From: Polymorphobacter sp.
GTDB lineage: Bacteria; Pseudomonadota; Alphaproteobacteria; Sphingomonadales; Sphingomonadaceae
Direction: 5' to 3'
DNA length: 64,000 nucleotides
Assembly (NCBI GenBank): GCA_049318305.1
Contig: JBMOGO010000004.1
Coordinates: 653 to 64,652 of the forward strand
Both the position numbers and the translations under genes were made by a program. The notes under the pieces were generated by a model. It searched no databases. It had not been told where the DNA came from and saw nothing but the letters and a program-made list of their open reading frames with translations. Shown here piece by piece: positions 17,489 through 26,076 of the stretch (the stretch's first letter is position 1; each line of letters opens with the position of its first letter).

Positions 17489-18672
17489 TGCACCTCCCGC
17501 TTGCCGGCACGCGTATTCTCAGCCTCGAACAATATGGCGCCGGCCCTTATGGCACCATGTTCCTGGCGCAACTGGGGGCAGAGGTCATCAAGATCGAACC
17601 GCCAAAGGGCGGCGATTCCGCCCGCGCCACCGGGCCGTATTTCCTGGGGGACGATGACAGCCTGTTCTACCAGACCTTCAACCTCAACAAACGCTCGCTG
17701 ACGCTCGACCTGAAGGCCGCGGCCGGGCAGGATATCCTGCACCGGCTGGTGAAAACCGCCGATGCGATGACCAACAATGCCCGCGGCGACCAGCCGGCGC
17801 TGCTCGGCATCGATTATACAGCGCTCGCCCCGCACAACCCCGCCATCGTCTGTGTCCATGCCTCCGCCTATGGCCGCAACAATGCGCGCGCGTCCTGGCC
17901 AGGCTATGACTATCTGATGCAGGCAGAGGCCGGGTTCCTGTCGGTGACCGGGGAACCCGATGCGCCACCGACACGGTTCGGGCTTTCGGTGGTGGATTTC
18001 ATCACCGGCACCATGCTGTCCACAGCGACGCTCTCCGGCATCCTCGATGCGCGCGCCACTGGGATTGGCCGCGACATGGACGTCAGCCTGCTTGATGCGG
18101 CGCTGCACCAGACCAGCTATCCGGCGCTCTGGTATCTCAACCAGGGCCATGACATCGGCCGCACCTCGCATTCGGCGCACCCGTCGGTGGTGCCGTCGCA
18201 ACTGCTCAAAACCGCCGACGGCTGGATGTTCATCATGGCGCAGTTGCCCAAATTCTGGGCGCGCTTTGCCGATGAACTGGGGCTGGGCGCCCTGAAGGAC
18301 GACCAGCGCTTTCGCAGCAACCCCGATCGCCACGCCAACCGCGCGGCGCTGATTACGCTCATCGAAGCGGTGACGATCACCCGCACCACCGCCGAATGGG
18401 TGGCGCATCTCGGCGGCAAGGTGCCGGTGGCGGCGGTGAATGACCTTGGCCAGGCGCTCGACAGCGACTGGATGGCAGCGAACGGCATGGTGACCGAGGT
18501 GCCGCACGCCACCGGGCCGTTGCGCATTCTCGCCAACCCGATCCTGGTCGATGGCGAGCGCCTGCCTAACCGCGCCGCGCCGGCGCTGGGTGCGGACACG
18601 GCCGAATTGCTCGCCGAAATCGGGATCGGAGCCGATGAAGCGGCAGCACTAAAAGCCGCAGGGACCATCTGA
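17488..18672 (+). CDS. family III (CaiB/BaiF) CoA-transferase
   Basis: LAGTRILSLEQYGAGPYGTMFLAQLGAEVIKIEPPKGGD. ATG overlaps the ACAD stop (TGATG). Confidence 0.82.
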   Translation: MHLPLAGTRILSLEQYGAGPYGTMFLAQLGAEVIKIEPPKGGDSARATGPYFLGDDDSLFYQTFNLNKRSLTLDLKAAAGQDILHRLVKTADAMTNNARGDQPALLGIDYTALAPHNPAIVCVHASAYGRNNARASWPGYDYLMQAEAGFLSVTGEPDAPPTRFGLSVVDFITGTMLSTATLSGILDARATGIGRDMDVSLLDAALHQTSYPALWYLNQGHDIGRTSHSAHPSVVPSQLLKTADGWMFIMAQLPKFWARFADELGLGALKDDQRFRSNPDRHANRAALITLIEAVTITRTTAEWVAHLGGKVPVAAVNDLGQALDSDWMAANGMVTEVPHATGPLRILANPILVDGERLPNRAAPALGADTAELLAEIGIGADEAAALKAAGTI

Positions 18673-19739
18673 TGGGCAAGCTGGACGGCATCCGCGTTGT
18701 CGACCTGTCGCAATATCTGCCCGGCCCGATGCTGACCGGCATGATGGCCGACCAGGGCGCAAGCGTCGTCAAGGTCGAACCGCCGGCGGGGGACCCGGCG
18801 CGGGCGATGGGCCCGTTCGAGGCCGGCCATGGTGTCTGGTTCCGCAACCTCAATCGCGGCAAGGCGGCGGTAACGCTCGACCTGAAGAGCGACGCCGGCA
18901 AGGCGGCGCTATGGGCGCTGATCGCCGAGGCCGATGTGCTGGTGGAGGGGTTTCGTCCCGGCGTCATGGCGCGGCTGGGATTCGACTATGCGACCGTTGC
19001 TGCCCGGCATCCTGGCATCGTCTATTGCGCGATTTCCGCCTTTGGACAGACCGGCGCGATGGCCGACCATCCGGCGCACGACATGGGCGTCTGGGCCGAA
19101 TCGGGGTTGCTGGCGCTCAACGACGGCCCCGATGGCACGCCGGTCGTGCCCGGCGTCCCCGCCGCCGACATGGCCGCCGGGCTGACCGGGCTTGCCGCCG
19201 TCCTGATGGCGCTGCTCGGCCGGGCGCGGACGGGGCGTGGTGACTTCATCGACATCGCGATGCTGAGCAGCCTGATGCCATGGAGCGTGCATATCGCCGG
19301 CGCCGCCATCGCTGGTGGCCCGGCGCCGCAATCAGCGGAGCAGCGGTCGCTGGGCGGTGCGGCATTCTACAATGTCTATTCCTGTGCGGATGGCCGCCAC
19401 ATCGTGCTGTGTGGCCGCGAGCCGAAATTTGCGCGCACTTTGCTCACCGATCTTGGCCGCCCCGACCTGATCCCGTTCGCTGCCGCCGAAGCGGGGCCGC
19501 CGCAGGCGCCGCTGCGGGCGTTTTTGGCTGAAACATTCGCACAGCGGACCAAGGCCGAATGGACCGACTGGTTCCGCGGCCGCGACGTGGCGTTTGCGCC
19601 GGTACGCGATCTGGCGGACGGGCTGTCGCGATCCGGGATGGTGGTTACCGATGCCGATGGTGCGCACCATGTCGCGCCGGCGATCCGCTTTGCCGGCGAG
19701 GCGGCGTGGCAACCGGCAGCGACTGCGGATCAGGAATAG
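18672..19739 (+). CDS. family III (CaiB/BaiF) CoA-transferase, second paralog
   Basis: LDGIRVVDLSQYLPGPMLTGMMADQGASVVKVEPPAGDP. Start overlaps the previous stop. Confidence 0.82.
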   Translation: MGKLDGIRVVDLSQYLPGPMLTGMMADQGASVVKVEPPAGDPARAMGPFEAGHGVWFRNLNRGKAAVTLDLKSDAGKAALWALIAEADVLVEGFRPGVMARLGFDYATVAARHPGIVYCAISAFGQTGAMADHPAHDMGVWAESGLLALNDGPDGTPVVPGVPAADMAAGLTGLAAVLMALLGRARTGRGDFIDIAMLSSLMPWSVHIAGAAIAGGPAPQSAEQRSLGGAAFYNVYSCADGRHIVLCGREPKFARTLLTDLGRPDLIPFAAAEAGPPQAPLRAFLAETFAQRTKAEWTDWFRGRDVAFAPVRDLADGLSRSGMVVTDADGAHHVAPAIRFAGEAAWQPAATADQE

Positions 19740-19743
19740 CGCT

Positions 19744-20178
19744 TCACGCGTCTGCCGGATATTTTTCGGCCATCCAGGCCAGCGAGCCGCGGATCATCTC
19801 CTCCAGCACGCCGATATCGATGTCGCTCATCCGCTTGACATACAGGCAGGACTTGCCGGTGCTGTACTTGCCGAGCCGCGCCAGTTGGTCGGCGCGATCG
19901 CCATAGCCGTCGTTAAGGTAGAACACCGTCTGGCCTTTGCGCGGGGAAAAGCCGATCCGCGGGCTTTCACCTTCGCGGCCGCTGTCATAGCGATAGCGAT
20001 AGCGACCGAAGCCGATGATGGACGGTCCCCACATGGCTGCCGGCTCGCCCGACAGCCGTTCCATCAGCGCGCAGATAGCATGGGCATCGGCGCGCTGCAC
20101 CGGGTCAGCGACCGAGTCGATGAACGCCTCGGGGTCGACCACAGTCGCCTTGGTCTTGTTCTCGGACTTTGCCATCAC
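19744..20178 (-). CDS. DUF1801 (YdhG-like) domain protein
   Basis: 144 aa. Recalled pattern VDPEAFIDSV..P.R..DA..I..LM....G..P.MWGPSIIGFG.Y.Y.Y.SGREG. Confidence 0.6.
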   Translation of the reverse strand: MMAKSENKTKATVVDPEAFIDSVADPVQRADAHAICALMERLSGEPAAMWGPSIIGFGRYRYRYDSGREGESPRIGFSPRKGQTVFYLNDGYGDRADQLARLGKYSTGKSCLYVKRMSDIDIGVLEEMIRGSLAWMAEKYPADA

Positions 20179-20322
20179 CGCTCTCCGGCGCGCAGATTAT
20201 GCCGGTGCCAGCTGGCAGGCAACATTGTCATCAACGCGCCGGTTGCGCCTGTGCCGGCACGGCCAGCGGCCGCTCGGTGACCTCGCGAAAAATCTCGCGA
20301 TAGCGCGGGTGTTCGGTGCCCA

Positions 20323-21045
20323 TCAGCCGGTCCCACCAGGTGAAATACAGCCCGAAATTGTGATTGAAGCTGAATTGTGGTGAAGGTCATGGTGAGTCGT
20401 CGTGGCGAACAGCCCCCAGAACCAGTGATCGGCAAAACCGCGCGGCATCAGTTCCACCCCGGCATGGCCCATGACATTGCGCAGGATCATGATGCCCAGA
20501 AAGCTGAACATTGCGACAAAGGGAGTCGGGACAAAGGCAACCCATAGCGAGACGAACAGCGCTTCGAAGACCGCCTCGACCGCGTTGAACGAATAGGCGG
20601 CGAACGGTGTCGGCGTGACGGATTTGTGGTGCAGGCGGTGTGCATGCTTGAACAGTCGCGGGGAATGCATCACGCGATGCAGCCAATAGAACCAGCTGTC
20701 GTGCGCCACCAGCAGGATGCCGACAAAGGCGGCGACTTCGGGCCAGGAAGGTTCACCCTGGTAAAACCCCGCCGTGTAGCCGTTGGCGGTCAGCCATAAT
20801 GCCGGCGTGGCGACAAGTGCGTAGATGACGACGCTGCGCAGCGATGCCGCCCATTCGCGCTGGCGGTCGGCCAATGTCGCGCTGCGGGCCTGCAACCGCC
20901 GCACGCGCCACGGTGAGCGCAGGACGAGGGCGATGATCAGGGTCATCAAGAGCGTGCCGACGAGATAGCGGCCGCCGTCGAACAAAAAGGTGTTCGGAAA
21001 AACCCGCAGGGCGGCATCGGCGAGGGTCAGGGGGCGGTCCAGCAT
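20323..21045 (-). CDS. fatty acid hydroxylase / sterol desaturase family membrane protein, C-terminus displaced by an apparent 1-nt frameshift
   Basis: His boxes HDSWFYWLHRVMH, HRLHH, HHDLHH. After HHDLHH the frame gives nonsense (NSASITISGCISPGGTG*). The adjacent frame encodes the expected FSFNHNFGLYFTWWDRLMGTEHP... down to a stop at 20231. Confidence 0.75.
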   Translation of the reverse strand: MLDRPLTLADAALRVFPNTFLFDGGRYLVGTLLMTLIIALVLRSPWRVRRLQARSATLADRQREWAASLRSVVIYALVATPALWLTANGYTAGFYQGEPSWPEVAAFVGILLVAHDSWFYWLHRVMHSPRLFKHAHRLHHKSVTPTPFAAYSFNAVEAVFEALFVSLWVAFVPTPFVAMFSFLGIMILRNVMGHAGVELMPRGFADHWFWGLFATTTHHDLHHNSASITISGCISPGGTG

Positions 21046-21141
21046 TTGGCAGTCCTTTCACTTGAAGCCGCCAAATGTCAGTTCCAGCGTGCTGCTGCGC
21101 CGCGATTTTCCGGTTTCGACCGGTCGATTTCTGAAATTCGA

Positions 21142-22185
21142 TCAACTGGCCCGTGATTTCGCCCGAAATTCGGTCGGTGTGCAGCCCGTGGCAGCGCGAA
21201 ACGCCCGGTTGAACGGGGCGAGGCTGCCAAAGCCGGCATCGAGCGCGATGGTGAGCACCGGCACCTCGCGCTGGTCCGGATCGGCAAGCGCTGCCCGCGC
21301 CTCGTTGATGCGGAAGTCGTTGAGATAGGCGTTGAAGTTTCGCGCCCCCAGCCCCTGGTTGATCGCCCGTCGCAATCGATATTCGGGCACCCCCAGGCGT
21401 GCGGCGACGGCGGTGATGGTGAGCCCTTCCTGCCGGTACAACCGCTCGCTGGCCATCGCCGCTGATAGGCGGGCCAGAAGCCGCGAATCATCGGCCTCGG
21501 GTGCCACTGTCGCCGGCAAGGGTTTGGCCGGCGGCTCGAGCAGTGCCGCATCGCGCCAGCCGAACACCAGCACCGCCACCACCAGCGTCATCACCAGCAG
21601 CGCTGCCGAATTGACCAGCCGCCAGGCCGGCGGCGGCGGCCAACTTGTTAGCAATTCGGCAGCGACGATGACGATGATCAATGCCCCGATCGTCAGCGCC
21701 AGCGCCAGCCGCGCCCGCCGCCGCACTTCGACCAGATCATTGTCACGGTCGCGCAAGGCGGCGCGAATGCCCAGCACTGTGACCACCAGGCTCGGGATCG
21801 GCCAGAACACCGCCAGCACTGGCCGGGGCCAGTCACCGCCGAACCCGATGTAGAAACTGGTCGCTCCGGCCAGCATCAGGCCGGCGACCACCAGCCAGTG
21901 CCAGGGACGAACCTCGAAATCATCGTCGAACCAGCTTGATGCAAACAGCCAGAACAGCGCGGGCGCCGCCATGCCGGCCAGGTGTGGCGGCACGCGCCAC
22001 CAGGCCGCGTTAAAGGCTTGTGGCAGCGCCGGAAGGAACAGGTAGCAAAGCGCCGAAATCGTCAGCAGTCCGCCCAGTCGCGCGGTTTGGGACGCGCCCC
22101 CACTGCGCCCGAAATTGAGCGCGAGCAGCACCAGCAGCACCGCCGTGCCGCCGCGCAGCGCGCCATCCCAGAAAATCAGTCCCAT
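21142..22185 (-). CDS. AraC-family transcriptional regulator with N-terminal multi-TM domain
   Basis: C-terminal AraC HTH pair (LTITAVAARLGVPEYRLRRAIN...ALDAGFGSLAPFNRAFRAATGCTPTEFR). About 230 aa of TM helices upstream. Start taken at MGLIFWDG. Confidence 0.8.
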   Translation of the reverse strand: MGLIFWDGALRGGTAVLLVLLALNFGRSGGASQTARLGGLLTISALCYLFLPALPQAFNAAWWRVPPHLAGMAAPALFWLFASSWFDDDFEVRPWHWLVVAGLMLAGATSFYIGFGGDWPRPVLAVFWPIPSLVVTVLGIRAALRDRDNDLVEVRRRARLALALTIGALIIVIVAAELLTSWPPPPAWRLVNSAALLVMTLVVAVLVFGWRDAALLEPPAKPLPATVAPEADDSRLLARLSAAMASERLYRQEGLTITAVAARLGVPEYRLRRAINQGLGARNFNAYLNDFRINEARAALADPDQREVPVLTIALDAGFGSLAPFNRAFRAATGCTPTEFRAKSRAS

Positions 22186-22348
22186 GGCACCAAGGCTTAA
22201 CCGGCCATCATAGCAAAGCAAGCGTCGCCCCTTTTCGCCGTGGGGCTTTGTCTGTAACCTCGACGGGCACCGGCAAATACATTGTTTCAACGGCTTGGCC
22301 GTCCAGAACTGTTCAACGCCGCCGATAATCGGCCATAGCGTTTAACAA

Positions 22349-22549
22349 CTATTCCGCCGGCAGCGGTGTCATCTTCGGTTCAAACGGCGTCACGGCATCC
22401 GGCATCGGGCACGCCAGGTCGATCGCCTGCACCGTTGCCGCCGCCGCCTGCCGCACCGTCGCGGCGTTCTTGCAATTCACAAAGCTGCTCGTTGTGGCGC
22501 AGCCTGTCACTGCCAGTGCCAGCGCCGCCATCATCAATCGTCCGGTCAT
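22349..22549 (-). CDS. small lipoprotein, candidate outer-membrane spanin (Rz1-like)
   Basis: 66 aa. Signal peptide plus lipobox LAVTG-C. Pro-rich tail PMPDAVTPFEPKMTPLPAE. GGGAGAA RBS. ATGA overlap with the upstream gene. Last gene of the lysis cassette. Confidence 0.5.
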   Translation of the reverse strand: MTGRLMMAALALAVTGCATTSSFVNCKNAATVRQAAAATVQAIDLACPMPDAVTPFEPKMTPLPAE

Positions 22550-22788
22550 TGCTTTTCTCCCTCGGTTAAAATCGTGGTGGTTTCGGTGTTGCCCGTCACT
22601 GGTCCCGATCGCATCGATGGCAGCCGCAGCACGCCGATCAATCCGCCTGCGATCGTGCCCAGGCCGAACACTTCGACCTTGCCCAGCACCGCACCGTTCA
22701 ACGCGCCGGCGACGATCGCCACGGTGAACACGATGACCAGGGCAAGGAGCGTTGCAAGATAGGCAATCAGGTGATGGGTCGCGCTCAT
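22546..22788 (-). CDS. small two-TM membrane protein, candidate holin
   Basis: 80 aa. TM1 LIAYLATLLALVIVFTVAIVAGAL, TM2 VFGLGTIAGGLIGVL, charged C-terminus. Immediately downstream of the endolysin, with overlapping stop/start. Confidence 0.45.
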   Translation of the reverse strand: MSATHHLIAYLATLLALVIVFTVAIVAGALNGAVLGKVEVFGLGTIAGGLIGVLRLPSMRSGPVTGNTETTTILTEGEKQ

Positions 22789-23327
22789 GCGACGCGGCCT
22801 TGAAACCAGCCAAAGGCGAAACTCTCGTTTGCCGCCCGGCCTTCCGCCAACTCGATATACCGCGCACCCTGCAAGGCGTTCAGCGCCTTGAGGATAACCA
22901 ACTCACCCGGCCGGCCGCGCTTCAAGATCGCCGCGCGTAACGCGCTCACTGTCGCCGGGCCGATCACGCCATCAACCGCCACGTCGGGCCAGTCGGCACC
23001 TTGCCGGTTCAGCGCATTCAGGCTGCGTTGCAGGAAACGCCCCGCCACCACCGTGCCCATGTTCACGCCAGTGTCCACCAGCTCGGCGGCGATCGCCATG
23101 GACACCGGCACGATCGCGCCAAATCCCGGTTGATCGACATAGCGCCGGCGGTAGATATCCACCGCCGTCTGTCGCGGCAGGTCGCGCATGGCGCCGGTAT
23201 AGCCGGCCGCGCGCGCCACCGCCTCGGTGATGCCCCAGCACGTCGCACCGCCCCGGTCATCAGGGTGATCGACAAAGCCGCCTTCGGCCTTGATGATTCC
23301 ATCGATAATGTCATCGATCATGCTCAT
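22785..23327 (-). CDS. endolysin, glycoside hydrolase family 108 N-domain plus PG_binding_3 C-domain
   Basis: 180 aa. IIKAEGGFVDHPDDRGGATCWGIT (the GH108 EGG...D..D.GG.T..GIT signature). C-terminal VDGVIGPATVSAL peptidoglycan-binding-type region. Confidence 0.85.
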   Translation of the reverse strand: MSMIDDIIDGIIKAEGGFVDHPDDRGGATCWGITEAVARAAGYTGAMRDLPRQTAVDIYRRRYVDQPGFGAIVPVSMAIAAELVDTGVNMGTVVAGRFLQRSLNALNRQGADWPDVAVDGVIGPATVSALRAAILKRGRPGELVILKALNALQGARYIELAEGRAANESFAFGWFQGRVA

Positions 23328-23713
23328 GCGTCTGTCCTTTCCTCGGGTAGCTGCGCCATCATGTCGGGCGATAGCAGCGCCTGCGCCTGCGCGATCGCGG
23401 CCGATTTCGGGTTGATCGTGTGCAACTCGGCAACGACAATCCGATAGGCGGCAAGCGACAGCGTGAATTTCATTTCCAGGCTGTGCGCGCGCTGCTCGGT
23501 CAAATCGATCCGCGCCTCCATGACGGCAATGCGGGCTTGGCAATCGGCCGCGTCGGTGCGCTTTTCGGCGCGCAGCGCGGTCTTGGCGTCCAGCGACATT
23601 TTGGTAAGCACCGGCCATGTCTTGATGAGCGCGCCCAGCACCGTGGTCAGCAACGCATAGATGCCCACGCCGCCCGGCGTCAGCCCGGCAATGCCAAGCA
23701 GATGATCGCTCAT
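23324..23713 (-). CDS. N-terminally anchored coiled-coil membrane protein, candidate inner-membrane spanin (or holin/antiholin)
   Basis: 129 aa. Single TM GVGIYALLTTVLGALI, then a helical charged region (LRAEKRTDAADCQARIAVMEARIDLTEQRAHSLE). Overlaps both the tail-fiber stop and the endolysin start. Confidence 0.4.
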   Translation of the reverse strand: MSDHLLGIAGLTPGGVGIYALLTTVLGALIKTWPVLTKMSLDAKTALRAEKRTDAADCQARIAVMEARIDLTEQRAHSLEMKFTLSLAAYRIVVAELHTINPKSAAIAQAQALLSPDMMAQLPEERTDA

Positions 23714-26076
23714 CACAGGTTGCCCTCGTTGATCCAGTCGGTGCCCAGCACATTGGCGGCGCCCGTCGTCACCTTCACCCAGGCGCGCGCCGCGCCCACC
23801 GCCGGCGCGCTGTTGATGATGCGTTTGCCGCGCGGCCATGTCCCGCTGGTGGGAATGCCGGTGCCATAGACAGGCTGGCGCATATCGTCATAAAGCCCGC
23901 GCCGTATCATTTCGTGCAGCGTGTCCATGCTGGCGCCGGCCGCAACCGAAACCACCATCATCTTGGTAAATTCCACGGTCGGCCCACCGGCGACAGTCGG
24001 ATAGGCAAACAGGTCGAAGCCGGCCGGTTCGCTTGCTGTTGCCAGGCCATAGATCAGGATACGCTGAAACACGGTTGTCAGGTTAAAGGCACCCGGCCCG
24101 CGCAACTGCGTCGATGCAGCCAGCGCATAAAGCGCAATCGTCGTCGGCGCGGCGGCGCGCACCAGCACCGATATGGCAATCTGGTCGCCGGCCGCTGCTG
24201 CGCCAATGGCTTTGAAGGTGCAGTTATTGGCGCCGGTCGAACCGATGCCGGCGCCATAAACCACTCGCTGAATGGTGCCATGGTCGATATCCAGCACCTT
24301 GCTGGCGGTGCAGCCCGTCACGTTCTGCGCTTCAGGCGCATTGGGGAACAGGCCCGGCCCGGCATATTGGTTCAGCGGCCGGATGCTCGGCGTCACGATC
24401 GGCACCCCGACCATGGAACCGGACCCGGTGAAATAAGCGCCGTTGAAGTCGCCGACCCCGGTCACTTCGCCGTTCAACGCATTGCGGCCGGTGAAGAACA
24501 CGCGCGAACTGGCATCGGCATCGATGTTCAACCGGTCGCCGCCGGTGATGGAACCATCGACACAGCCCAGCGCCGACCCGTTGCGCAGCACAAAGCTGGC
24601 CACATCGATAATGCTTTCGCCCAGCTGGCCCTGCACCACGGTGGCAACCGCGCCTTCCAGATGCCCGCCGGCGCGCCGCACCACCTTGCCGCGGATTGTC
24701 GCGGTGGTGCCCGCCGTCGTCGTCAGGCCATTGGCTTCCAGATGCATGGCGTTGAACTGCAACGCGTAAATCTGCCCCATGCCGCCAACAGCACCATGAA
24801 CCGAAAACCCGCACAGGCCATTGGCTTGGAACAGGCACTGGTCGAACTGCCACGCGCCGATCGGGAATATCGAATTCGATATCGCCAACAACCCGACATA
24901 GTTTTGCTGGGTGCGCAGCCCGGTAAAGGTCAGGGTGGTGGCACCGCCGGCGGCAGGATCATTCTGGATCACCACGCCGGTGGTGTTGAACTGGCAGACC
25001 AGGTTAGTAAAAATGCTTTCCTGCAAGTCGCCGATTTCGCAACCCACGTCGCAATTCTCGATCGTCACATTGCTGCTGTTGACGTGCAGCAACGCCAGCC
25101 CGGCGGCATTGTTGCCGCACACCAGGCCGGTGGTGCTGCCCAGGCTGCGGCCATCGATCGAAAGATTGTCGATGCGCCGGCTGCCCTGCCGCCGCTCGTC
25201 GTAATTGTGCTTCATCACCGTGCTGCCGGCAACGGTTGCTTCAAGCCGGCTCACATAGCCGGCGCCCTCGATGCTCACCGATTTGTTGCCGGGAATATCC
25301 CACAGCCCGCGCCACTTGCCGGGCTCCACATAAATCGTGCCATTGTCCGGGCACGCCGTCACCGCGCTGGCGATATAGGCGGTCAACACGGTTGTGTTGG
25401 TGCCGGCGCGGATTGCGGCGCGAAGCGCGCTCGGAATGAAGTCCATCAGGCTGATGTGATCGCGCAACCTGTCCTGCACCGATCGCGCCACCGCGCCGGT
25501 GCCGGCGGCAACAAAGGACACGGCATCGCCCAATGCCGTCAGGCCCGGCGTAAAGGCGGTGGCAATCAGGCTGGCCAGCTGCGACGCCGATGGCCCCGCC
25601 ACCGGCTTGCCATTGCTGTCGAACGCCAGCACGAACCCGGCGCGTGCCGCCACCGATGGCAGGACCAGGCTGCCGGTCGCCGTGTCGGTTTCGGGCACGG
25701 TCAACGCGCGCGAAAGATTGTCGCCATCTTCCTGCGCCACCATCATGGCGCGGTCCAGCGCCCGCTCCTGCGCTTCGGCCGGGAAGGCATCGAACGGGCT
25801 AAAGTCCAGCGGCTGCAATCGGCTCGTGTCGCGCTTGATAAGCAGGCGGCTGCCGGTCGCTACCGCCAGCATCGTCGTCACCATGCCGCCGGTGTCCAGC
25901 CCGGCGCCGGTCACCAGATAATCGCTGTCCAGCACCAGCGGCGTTTCTACGCCGGCGGCATTGGCAACGATCAACCGCAAATCGGTGCGATCGAGAAACC
26001 GGAACGGCACCGAAAAATTGCGGCTTGCGCTGTCACCGGCATAGACGACACGGCGCACGGCACTTGAAACGGTCAC
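23713..26076 (-). CDS. tail fiber/tailspike with T7 gp17-like N-terminal adaptor and parallel beta-helix (pectate-lyase-like) body
   Basis: 787 aa. N-terminus VVYAGDSASRNFSVPFRFLDRTDLRLIV resembles podovirus tail-fiber adaptor domains. Central repeated N/G/V-rich turns (NVTIENCDVGCEIG, NLVCQFNTTGVVIQN). Position equals T7 gp17. Confidence 0.65.
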   Translation of the reverse strand: MTVSSAVRRVVYAGDSASRNFSVPFRFLDRTDLRLIVANAAGVETPLVLDSDYLVTGAGLDTGGMVTTMLAVATGSRLLIKRDTSRLQPLDFSPFDAFPAEAQERALDRAMMVAQEDGDNLSRALTVPETDTATGSLVLPSVAARAGFVLAFDSNGKPVAGPSASQLASLIATAFTPGLTALGDAVSFVAAGTGAVARSVQDRLRDHISLMDFIPSALRAAIRAGTNTTVLTAYIASAVTACPDNGTIYVEPGKWRGLWDIPGNKSVSIEGAGYVSRLEATVAGSTVMKHNYDERRQGSRRIDNLSIDGRSLGSTTGLVCGNNAAGLALLHVNSSNVTIENCDVGCEIGDLQESIFTNLVCQFNTTGVVIQNDPAAGGATTLTFTGLRTQQNYVGLLAISNSIFPIGAWQFDQCLFQANGLCGFSVHGAVGGMGQIYALQFNAMHLEANGLTTTAGTTATIRGKVVRRAGGHLEGAVATVVQGQLGESIIDVASFVLRNGSALGCVDGSITGGDRLNIDADASSRVFFTGRNALNGEVTGVGDFNGAYFTGSGSMVGVPIVTPSIRPLNQYAGPGLFPNAPEAQNVTGCTASKVLDIDHGTIQRVVYGAGIGSTGANNCTFKAIGAAAAGDQIAISVLVRAAAPTTIALYALAASTQLRGPGAFNLTTVFQRILIYGLATASEPAGFDLFAYPTVAGGPTVEFTKMMVVSVAAGASMDTLHEMIRRGLYDDMRQPVYGTGIPTSGTWPRGKRIINSAPAVGAARAWVKVTTGAANVLGTDWINEGNL

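Noticed and set aside
22186-22348. tRNA/tmRNA gene as integration target at the prophage ends (also 60855..60933)
   Set aside because: No cloverleaf-capable sequence or T-loop (GTTCGAATC-like) motif was seen at either end. Shared strings between the ends are limited to ATAGCA...AAGCG and the CCGCCGA.TAA similarity.
23914-26067. 717-aa plus-strand ORF antisense to the tail-fiber gene, and the similar ORF 29623..31557 antisense to the 983-aa gene
   Set aside because: Both are mirror-frame artefacts of high GC3 coding on the opposite strand, with His/Arg/Gly-rich nonsense composition.
23713-26076. Diversity-generating retroelement acting on the tail fiber (prompted by the Bbp19-like gene, a family named after Bordetella phage BPP-1)
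   Set aside because: No reverse transcriptase ORF was found. I saw no template/variable repeat pair near the C-terminus of either large surface protein.
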